32,310 bases of DNA. It comes from Corallococcus aberystwythensis. Its GTDB lineage: Bacteria > Myxococcota > Myxococcia > Myxococcales > Myxococcaceae. Made by a program: the position numbers and the translations under genes. Numbering within the stretch: the first letter of the stretch is position 1; each line of letters begins with the position of its first letter. Positions 8,577 to 15,300 of this stretch are shown here, in pieces. The stretch is from assembly GCF_003612165.1 (NCBI RefSeq), contig NZ_RAWK01000089.1:1-32310 (forward strand), in the 5' to 3' direction. The notes below the pieces were generated by a model. It had not been told where the DNA came from. It made no database searches and saw nothing but the letters and a program-made list of their open reading frames with translations.

Positions 8577-10202
8577 CTACTTGTTGATGCGCACCATCGC
8601 GACGTCGTAGTGGCGCTCCGTCACGTAGCCGTTCGCGGCCTTGCCGGGGCGGTACATGTTCCCGGTCTTGTCATCCACGTAGAAGCGGTTGTTCGGGTTC
8701 GTGTCCTTGCCCGTGCTGGCGTTCTTCGTGCCCGGGTCGTGGAACGTGTAGTAGGTGCGGCCCTTGTCGTCGACGCCGCGGCCCGTGATGGTCACGAAGT
8801 GGTCCGTGAGGCCGTCCGCGTTGTAGCTCGCGTCCTTGTGGCTCACGCCCACGACCACCGGCTTGCCGGCCTCCAGCTGCTTGTCGATGTAGCTGCGGCC
8901 CTCGGCGGCCTTCTTCGAGTCCACGTTGAGCGCGCCGACGCCGTTCTCGCTCTTGCCCACCTGGATGCGGCGGTCGGGGCCCAGCACCGTCGCGCCGGAG
9001 TCACGCGCCATCGCCGTCGCGGCCTTGAAGCACGCCGTGTCGCTCGCGGTGTAGCCGTGGCCGTTCTCGAACTGGCTGTAGTACGGCACCTTCACGTGCA
9101 CCGCCGGCTTGTCCTTGGACGGGGCCACCTGCTCCGTGTTCGCGGGGGCCGCCTCCGTGGTGGGCTTGGAGGTGTTCGCACCCTGCGTCGTGGGCTTTCC
9201 GTCCGTGCGGCCCGGCTTGGAGTCGCCGTTCACGGACGGGGGAACCACGCCCGTGTTGGTGTTGGCCGGCTTCGTCGTCGTGCCGCCGCCCGCCTGCTCC
9301 TTCTTGAGCATGGCGAGCGCGTCCTTCGACTCCGCCTTGAAGCGGTTGGCCACGCCCTTCTGCACGTCCTTGGAGTTGCCGGAGAAGTGCACCAGGGTGC
9401 CGCTGGCGTTGGTGCGGCCGCGCTCGGCGTAGATGTCCTTGATGAGCTGCTCGTCGCTCACCTTCGCGGGGTCGCGGCCGGCCAGCGCCTTCTTGAAGAT
9501 GTCGTCCGCCCCACCCGGGCCGTGCTGCACGGAGGTGGACCAGGCCACGTCACGCAGCGCCGCGGAGCGCTTGTCCAGGTCGATGCCCGTCGCCTTCTTG
9601 ATGTTGGCGGCGCCCGGGTCGTAGTGCGTGGCCTTGATGTAGTCGTGCTGCGCCTTGTCGAAGCCCTTCGGGTCCTTCGCCGCCAGGTCCTTCCACGCGG
9701 CGGAGAACTGCGGGGAGCCCGGCTTGCTGCCCGACAGCGCCTTGTGGAACTCGGGGTTCGTCTTCTTCAGCGAGTTGACGAAGGACTGCGCGGAGCCGTT
9801 CGCGGACGCGAACTGGTAGGAGCCGTACGACACGCCGCCCTTGTCGCCCTTGCCCGTGGACACCGTGCCGGGGCCGCGCGCCTCGTACTTGCGGCTCAGC
9901 CCGCCCAGCTCCCCGCCGGCCGTGCTGGTGGAGCCTCCCTCCGTGGAGGGCGTCGTCTTCTGCGTGCCGCCGGTGGACTGCGTGAAGGTGTCGCCCGACG
10001 TCTTCGTCCCCGAGCTCGACTTGTTGCCCGTGCCCTTCGCTTCGAACCCGTCCTGCTGCACCTTGAGCGACTGGCCGGCGAGGATCTTGTTCGGATCCTT
10101 GATGTTGTTGGCCTTGGCCAGCTCAGCGACGGACGTGTTGTAGCGCTTCGCGAGCCCGGTGAGCGTGTCGCCCGATTTGATGCGGATGTTGGAGACGGTC
10201 AT
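8577..10202 (-). CDS. LysM domain protein with lysozyme-like middle domain and C-terminal C39-like (papain-fold) cysteine peptidase domain; putative peptidoglycan hydrolase
   Basis: N-terminal LysM ([41 protein letters not shown]). Gly/Ser/Thr-rich linkers. Middle domain with GVSYGSYQF, reminiscent of phage-tail lysozyme-like domains (tentative). C-terminal [28 protein letters not shown] ... TDHFVTITG fits the Peptidase_C39-like Cys/His pattern. Strong GAGGGGG SD. No N-terminal signal peptide. Confidence 0.8.
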   Translation of the reverse strand: MTVSNIRIKSGDTLTGLAKRYNTSVAELAKANNIKDPNKILAGQSLKVQQDGFEAKGTGNKSSSGTKTSGDTFTQSTGGTQKTTPSTEGGSTSTAGGELGGLSRKYEARGPGTVSTGKGDKGGVSYGSYQFASANGSAQSFVNSLKKTNPEFHKALSGSKPGSPQFSAAWKDLAAKDPKGFDKAQHDYIKATHYDPGAANIKKATGIDLDKRSAALRDVAWSTSVQHGPGGADDIFKKALAGRDPAKVSDEQLIKDIYAERGRTNASGTLVHFSGNSKDVQKGVANRFKAESKDALAMLKKEQAGGGTTTKPANTNTGVVPPSVNGDSKPGRTDGKPTTQGANTSKPTTEAAPANTEQVAPSKDKPAVHVKVPYYSQFENGHGYTASDTACFKAATAMARDSGATVLGPDRRIQVGKSENGVGALNVDSKKAAEGRSYIDKQLEAGKPVVVGVSHKDASYNADGLTDHFVTITGRGVDDKGRTYYTFHDPGTKNASTGKDTNPNNRFYVDDKTGNMYRPGKAANGYVTERHYDVAMVRINK

Positions 10203-10333
10203 GGGAAGCCCCCTCGTGTCGGGCCGCGAACACAGGCGCCGCGGTCGTGCATGGATTGGCGGGATTATCGAAAGCCAATGCGATCAGTTTCGCATTCCCA
10301 GCCACAATCGTGTCAAACCAGTGATTCCAGCAA

Positions 10334-10369
10334 CTTCAGTTTCAGCGGATCGTTCCGCTGAAACTGAAG
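10334..10369. promoter_or_regulatory. perfect 16-bp inverted repeat CTTCAGTTTCAGCGGA-tcgt-TCCGCTGAAACTGAAG
   Basis: Read directly from the sequence. It sits in the 191-bp divergent intergenic region, 24 bp upstream of the ATG at 10394. Both flanking genes point away, so it is not a terminator. It is a candidate operator or 5' leader hairpin. A second 7-bp inverted repeat, AATGCGA-N6-TCGCATT, lies at 10277-10296. Confidence 0.4.
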
Positions 10370-10393
10370 AAGCCGCTCAGGAGGGTCAATCGG

Positions 10394-11428
10394 ATGTCCA
10401 GGATCCAACCGGATTTCAAAAGTGTGGCATTGCTGTTTGCCATTTGCGTCACGGGCGCGGTCCCGGACGCCTCGGCCCAGGGGCCCGAGGGACTCACGGG
10501 GGTCTATTCGAGCAAGCAGGGCCGGCTCGCCATCGTCGAGGGGAGCAACGAGACGCTCGTGCACTTCTCGGGGTCGTTCCCGCAGGGCAACAGCGCGGGC
10601 ACCTGTGATTGCGCCTGGGTTGTCCAGAAGAAGACAGCCACCGCCTGGACGCTGAGCCACGCGGACGAGCCAAACCCCTGGACGCTGCGCGTCAATCCCA
10701 AGCAGTTCGTGCTGGAGTCAGGGCCTACGCCCCAGTGCTGCGGCGCGGGCTACCCGGGCAAGGACACGTTCGCCCGGAGCACGTCCCAGCCGCTGGGCAT
10801 CTGCAAGGTGAAGGCGTCCAAGGCGGGCTTCCACGCATCGGACGCGGCCAACACCGCGCGCAAGGCGTTCGTGGTGTCTGGCGACGCGGTGGAGGCCTAC
10901 GTCGACCCGCTGGAGCCGGACTTCCTCGCCGCGCGCTTCCAGGGGCCGCAGAAGGCCACTGCGGGGCTGCTCAAGCGCACGGACCTGGACTGCGCCGCGG
11001 AGGCAAGCCCCACGGCCGCCAAGGCCCCGGTGGCCGCGGACAAGCTCCAGCCCTTCGCGGGGACGTGGGTGGAGCTGACGAAGCAGGGCAAGGGCTTCGT
11101 GGTCCTCAAGCCCTGTTCGGCAGCGACGCGCAGCTTCACCGTCAAGCCCGCGACGGGCGAGGTGGAGGTGCAGCTGGGCCAGGAGGCCACGACGGTGAAG
11201 GTGACGTCCGTGGAGCCCGGCAAGGGCGCCGGGGCCTGGGTGCTGGGGCTCACGGCTTCGGACGGCAAGCCGGAGGCGCTCCAGTGGAAGACGGCCGACG
11301 CCGCGAAGGGCACCGTGACCGTGACGAGCCCGGACCTCTTCTCCCAGAGCCACGACTACGTGCGCCAGGAGAAGCAGTCCGCGTTCCCGTCCAAGCAGGA
11401 GACGGGGTGCGACGAATACGAGCGCTAA
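10394..11428 (+). CDS. secreted hypothetical protein
   Basis: AGGAGGG SD and signal peptide (MSRIQPDFKSVALLFAICVTGAVPDASA). 344 aa with several Cys pairs. No recognisable domain. Confidence 0.7.
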   Translation: MSRIQPDFKSVALLFAICVTGAVPDASAQGPEGLTGVYSSKQGRLAIVEGSNETLVHFSGSFPQGNSAGTCDCAWVVQKKTATAWTLSHADEPNPWTLRVNPKQFVLESGPTPQCCGAGYPGKDTFARSTSQPLGICKVKASKAGFHASDAANTARKAFVVSGDAVEAYVDPLEPDFLAARFQGPQKATAGLLKRTDLDCAAEASPTAAKAPVAADKLQPFAGTWVELTKQGKGFVVLKPCSAATRSFTVKPATGEVEVQLGQEATTVKVTSVEPGKGAGAWVLGLTASDGKPEALQWKTADAAKGTVTVTSPDLFSQSHDYVRQEKQSAFPSKQETGCDEYER

Positions 11429-11740
11429 CCCAGGGCCCGAGGGCGCCAGGGTCGTCCTCGCGGCGATAGCGCTTGATGCTTCCTGGAGCGCTACCTCCAC
11501 GGCAAGCGCACGCGGGTGAAGCCGTGTGGGCAGGGCTCAGAGACATACCGACCAACAGTGAATCATTTGTCACCCGGGGTGAAATAGCACCCGGATTGAC
11601 GCAGTGATCACTTTTTTCGGAAGTTCACCTTGTCGCGGACACCGTGATGTCCATGCCGCGACATGTCTCGACGCCAGGATGCGATGCATTCCGTGCACCG
11701 TGCCTGGTCGTGAGGCCGTCTTCTTCCCGTGGAGCTTCCC

Positions 11741-12580
11741 ATGACTGGTTGGAATGCCCTGGCGCGGCACGCCTGGATGTCTGTTGTTTCCTTGAGCCTC
11801 GTCCTCACGGCATGCGGTCCCGAAATGGAAGAGGGGCCGTCCGCGCCTCTCGACGAGCCGGTGCTCGAGACGTCCCGGAGTGCACTGACCGAGCCGGGTC
11901 AGATCCTCACAGGAGGTGACCGATACACGCACCCCTACTACGCCTCGGGCGGCCGGTGCGTGTTCGAGACGACGTTAGGGACGCTGCCGGACACGTACCT
12001 CTCACTTTTCGGACCGAACAGCTCGACGAACCTGCTCGCCGTGGATGACGACAGCGGCGTGGGGCTTGCCTCACGCATCGAGGCGTACCTGCAGCCGGGC
12101 ACCTATTACGCGACGGTGCGAGGCTTCAACTCCGCCCAGACAGGGAACTACCAGATCGACATGAACTGCTACGGGGGCATCCGCTACCAGTCCCACGTGG
12201 CGAGCTACGGGTGGACGGGCTGGACTCTGGATGGGCAGCAGTCGGGCACCACCGGGCAGAACCGCCGAATGGAGGCAGTGCAGATGTACCTGCTCAGCCT
12301 GCCAGGCGTGTCTGTCCGGTATTCGGTGCACCTGGGCGATGTGGGCTGGACGGGCGAGTACTACGACGGTCAGGCCGCAGGAACGACGGGGCAGCAGCGC
12401 CAGATGGAGGCAATCAAGATCTGGTTGACGGGGGCGGTGCCCTCGGGCTGCCACGTCAATTATGACGCCCACCTCGCGGGTTCGGGCTGGCAGGGCACGC
12501 GTTCGGATGGTCAGGTGTCGGGCACGACGGGCCAGAATCGTCGCATCGAGGCGTTGCGCATCTGGCTCAGCGGTTGCTGA
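11741..12580 (+). CDS. lipoprotein with PPC-like domain and three ChW (clostridial hydrophobic W) repeats
   Basis: ATG at 11741 (MTGWNALARHAWMSVVSLSLVLTAC lipobox); the track ORF uses GTG at 11729. Pre-peptidase C-terminal-like region (DDDSGVG...PGTYYATVRGF). Three repeats of about 46 aa matching the ChW pattern Y.xHV...GW.gW..dGq..GTTGq.rR.EA..i.L. Confidence 0.8.
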   Translation: MTGWNALARHAWMSVVSLSLVLTACGPEMEEGPSAPLDEPVLETSRSALTEPGQILTGGDRYTHPYYASGGRCVFETTLGTLPDTYLSLFGPNSSTNLLAVDDDSGVGLASRIEAYLQPGTYYATVRGFNSAQTGNYQIDMNCYGGIRYQSHVASYGWTGWTLDGQQSGTTGQNRRMEAVQMYLLSLPGVSVRYSVHLGDVGWTGEYYDGQAAGTTGQQRQMEAIKIWLTGAVPSGCHVNYDAHLAGSGWQGTRSDGQVSGTTGQNRRIEALRIWLSGC

Positions 12581-12604
12581 GCGGCGCGAAGGCGCTGCAT
12601 GACG

Positions 12605-12636
12605 AAGCCCGGCAAGCCCTCACGGTTGCCGGGCTT
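12605..12636 (+). terminator. hairpin AAGCCCGGCAA-N10-TTGCCGGGCTT downstream of the ChW lipoprotein gene
   Basis: 11-bp stem and 10-nt loop, 25 bp after the stop, followed by TGTCG (a weak U-tract). It lies between convergent genes. Confidence 0.4.
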
Positions 12637-12739
12637 GTCGAAGATGAACGTGGAGCGTCAGGTCGCCCGGGCCACGAAGGACCTGGACCCTGCGGGTTCC
12701 GCCACTGCCTCTCCATCCTTCACTCAACTGATCCTGGCG

Positions 12740-14254
12740 TTAACGCGCCCGTGAACGCCGCCGGGCCCGTAAGCACCCGCCGAGCAGCAGCGCGACGAGC
12801 GCACCGGCCAGGGGGCCTCCCGCCGCCTGGCAGCCCCCGTCATCGGCGGGCGTCCGTGGATCATCAATCGGATCCACAGGCCTGCCCGCGTCGACGGTGC
12901 CCGCGTCCTGCGCTTCAAGTGGCGCGCAGGAGGCGGCCTGACCCGTGGCCGCGATGCACAGCCGGCCATAGCGCCCCAGGCCTTCCATCCGGCCATCCAC
13001 GACCGCGACCACCACGCGCGTGGCGCCGCCCGCTGCCACCTGGGCTCGCAGCGCGTCCGGCCCGTCCGCGGTCACCACCCGCAGCACGGCGGTGTCCGTG
13101 ACGGCCGCGAGGACCAGGTGCAGCGCGGCCGGGTCGGTGCCCGGCTCGGGCTCGAAGGACGCGCCCACGAAGGACGCGCCACCGGGGACCTCGAAGAGCC
13201 GCGAGGCCGCCGCCGCGACGCGCACTCGCTCCTGCGCATGGGGCAGCCCTACCGATGTCGTCGTCACCGGTGCATAGCCCTCGCCTCGCGCGTAGCCGAA
13301 CCCTGTCGTCGCGCGGGGGCCGGTGCCCAGGTTCCAGGTGGCGAACAGGGCGAAGGCCGCGTCGAAGCTGGAGGCGAAGTCGCGGCGCAGGCAGGTGTCC
13401 AGCAACACCGGCCAGCGGGCCTCCGGCTGCCGCACGGACTCCTCCAGCAGCGCGAGGAGCACGCCGTCGCCGTAGCGCTCGCCGAGGAACTGGAAGAAGA
13501 GCCCCGCGCCGTAGCTGAAGGCCACGCCCGGCCCCGCCGGGTCCAGCGCCAGCGTGCTGTCCGGGGTGAGCATGTAGCCGCGAGTGAAGCCCTCCAGGTC
13601 GTCGAGCGCGGGCTCGAAGCGCTCGGTGGCCCAGACGGCGGTGCCCTCGGAGGCGATGCTGCCCAGGCCGGGCCGGTAGGCGGCCTGCACCGCGTGGAAG
13701 AACTCGTGGCTGGCCAGGGTGTCCACGGCCTCGGCGTCGGACGGGTAACCGTAGCCCGCGAAGTCGTTCTCCTGGAGCATGAAGCCCGTGCAGCGCGTGA
13801 CGCCGTCCAGACAGGTCTCCTGCCGGAAGGCGCCGTCGCCAATCCTCGCGAAGTCCACCAGGTACACGTCGAAGCGGCCGTCGCCGCCGTCGTCCCCGGT
13901 TGGGTTCGTGTCGTCAGGTGGCAGGCGGAAGCCCAGGCCCGCGTAGAACGTCGCCACGCGTTCGTAGGTGCTGGCGACGCGCTCCACGAAGTCGGGCACG
14001 CCGCTGCCATCCGCGTCCGCCGCGGGCACGGCGTGGGGACCCTGGCGGGTGAAGTGGATGCGGAAGCGCTCGCCCGGCGACACGACGGACTCCACCGTGT
14101 CCTCGGGCTGGTAGCGCGGCGCGGGCGCGGCGGGCGAGGTGGGCCGCCCGGACCCGGCGGCCAGCCCCACCACGGCCTCTCGCTCGTGCGGCAGGCCTCG
14201 CGGGGTTCCCGCGCCGGCCAGCAGCAGGAGCAGCGTGGGAACCCCGGCGGTCAT
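12740..14254 (-). CDS. secreted HExxH zinc metallopeptidase with MYXO-CTERM sorting tail
   Basis: Start taken at MTAGVPTLLLLLAGAGTP (signal peptide) at 14254; the track ORF extends to 14446 through the upstream gene. HEFFH motif (ASHEFFHAVQ). The C-terminus GGCQAAGGPLAGALVALLLGGCLRARRRSRAR matches the MYXO-CTERM pattern (Cys/Gly, hydrophobic stretch, Arg-rich). The start overlaps the upstream stop by 1 nt (TGATG). Confidence 0.75.
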   Translation of the reverse strand: MTAGVPTLLLLLAGAGTPRGLPHEREAVVGLAAGSGRPTSPAAPAPRYQPEDTVESVVSPGERFRIHFTRQGPHAVPAADADGSGVPDFVERVASTYERVATFYAGLGFRLPPDDTNPTGDDGGDGRFDVYLVDFARIGDGAFRQETCLDGVTRCTGFMLQENDFAGYGYPSDAEAVDTLASHEFFHAVQAAYRPGLGSIASEGTAVWATERFEPALDDLEGFTRGYMLTPDSTLALDPAGPGVAFSYGAGLFFQFLGERYGDGVLLALLEESVRQPEARWPVLLDTCLRRDFASSFDAAFALFATWNLGTGPRATTGFGYARGEGYAPVTTTSVGLPHAQERVRVAAAASRLFEVPGGASFVGASFEPEPGTDPAALHLVLAAVTDTAVLRVVTADGPDALRAQVAAGGATRVVVAVVDGRMEGLGRYGRLCIAATGQAASCAPLEAQDAGTVDAGRPVDPIDDPRTPADDGGCQAAGGPLAGALVALLLGGCLRARRRSRAR

Positions 14255-15204
14255 CACGGCAGCCAGGCCCACCGCAGGCGGATCGACCCCGCGCTGGCCG
14301 TCGAGCTCACCATGCCCGTCGTGTTGCACTCCTCCTGCACCGCGGGCTCGTAGAAGTCCCTGACCTGCAGCTTCACGTGACGGCCGTCCGCCAGTTGGAC
14401 GAGGTAGACCTTGTTCGTCATCTGCAAGCAGCTGGCGTAGTCCCAATACGAGAGGGTCTGGGTCGCCGGGCTCTGGAGGCCAAACGAGTCCCCGGTGAAC
14501 GTGCAGGTGTCGGGGGTGTAGTAGTTCTCCGCCTGGAACTGCGCCTCCGAGGGCACGGCCGTCACCGCTTCGAACGTCGTGCCGTCAGGCGTCTGCGACA
14601 CCGTCACGCACGACGGCCCGGACACGCCGCTGTTGAAGCGAACGACGTACCGGCGCACCGCGACATCCCACGCCGTCGAATCCAGCGAAGCCTGGTCATC
14701 GATGTAGACCTTCTCGAGCCCCGTCGCAGTGAAGCGCGCGTAGGTATACGAATCCGGCACGCTGGTGCCACCTCCGCGGCCGTCCAGGAACGTGAGGTAC
14801 TCGCCCTGCGTCGTGCCTTCCTCCACCACGCCACCGTCGGAGACGGCCGAGCGGAGCCGGAGCTTGTCGATGCTCTGCTCCGTGCAGGCCACGGCGTTAC
14901 GGCACAGCTGCGCGCCAGCGTCCGCGGTCGTGCCCGCGTCGGTGGGCGTGCCCGCATCGGTCTCCGTGCCCGCGTCCGTCTCGGGCTCGTCCGGCGTCAG
15001 GGTGTGCAGCTCGCACTTGTTGTCCGCGTTGCAGGCCCAGGCCTGGCCCGCCGGGGCCACGCCATTTTCGCGGCAGTCGAATGCGTCCACGCACTCGTCG
15101 CTGCTGCACCCCGACACCACCGCGGCCAGCGCGAGGGCCGCCAGGGCCCCCATGCCGAACCACCGCGCGCCGCTCTTCCGGACCACCCCTCCAGGGTTGC
15201 TCAT
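14254..15204 (-). CDS. lipoprotein (hypothetical; possibly HmuY-like beta fold, unverified)
   Basis: Signal plus lipobox (MGALAALALAAVVSGCSS). Asp/Thr/Gly-rich linker (TDAGTETDAGTPTDAGTT). AAGGTGA SD upstream of the ATG at 15204. The stop overlaps the start of the downstream metalloprotease (TGATG), so the two are translationally coupled. Confidence 0.7.
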   Translation of the reverse strand: MSNPGGVVRKSGARWFGMGALAALALAAVVSGCSSDECVDAFDCRENGVAPAGQAWACNADNKCELHTLTPDEPETDAGTETDAGTPTDAGTTADAGAQLCRNAVACTEQSIDKLRLRSAVSDGGVVEEGTTQGEYLTFLDGRGGGTSVPDSYTYARFTATGLEKVYIDDQASLDSTAWDVAVRRYVVRFNSGVSGPSCVTVSQTPDGTTFEAVTAVPSEAQFQAENYYTPDTCTFTGDSFGLQSPATQTLSYWDYASCLQMTNKVYLVQLADGRHVKLQVRDFYEPAVQEECNTTGMVSSTASAGSIRLRWAWLP

Positions 15205-15252
15205 TCGCCGTCACCTTTCGCCGCGGAGCCCCGCGTTCATCGAACGGTGACG

Positions 15253-15300
15253 ATCTCTAATCGATAACGATTATCATTTTCAATATCGCCCACCCAATTT
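15253..15300. promoter_or_regulatory. AT-rich island with nested palindromes (AATCG-ataa-CGATT / GATAA-cga-TTATC) between the MVP and lipoprotein genes
   Basis: tctctaatcgataacgattatcattttcaatatcg is strikingly AT-rich for this roughly 70% GC window. It lies immediately 3' of the MVP stop and about 50 bp upstream of the lipoprotein start. It is a candidate promoter/operator for the lipoprotein-protease pair. Confidence 0.3.

Noticed and set aside
8505-10361. 618-aa ORF on the + strand
   Set aside because: It is antisense to the LysM/C39-like hydrolase gene. The translation is Arg/Val/Ala/Gly-rich and junk-like.
11429-11740. Several short palindromes (GTGATCAC, GGACA-N6-TGTCC, TAGCGCT-N13-AGCGCTA) in the 300-bp region upstream of the ChW lipoprotein gene
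   Set aside because: Each is short (5-8 bp arms) and of the sort expected by chance. I noted them as possible promoter or terminator elements, but they are not strong enough to report individually.
12574-13101. 175-aa ORF on the + strand
   Set aside because: It is Pro/Arg/Ala-rich and spans the intergenic terminator region and the antisense of the metalloprotease 3' end. It is not coding-like.
13118-14353. 411-aa ORF on the + strand (and 13264..14010 minus, alternative frame)
   Set aside because: These are antisense or off-frame relative to the MYXO-CTERM metalloprotease. They are Arg/Gly-rich with no motifs.
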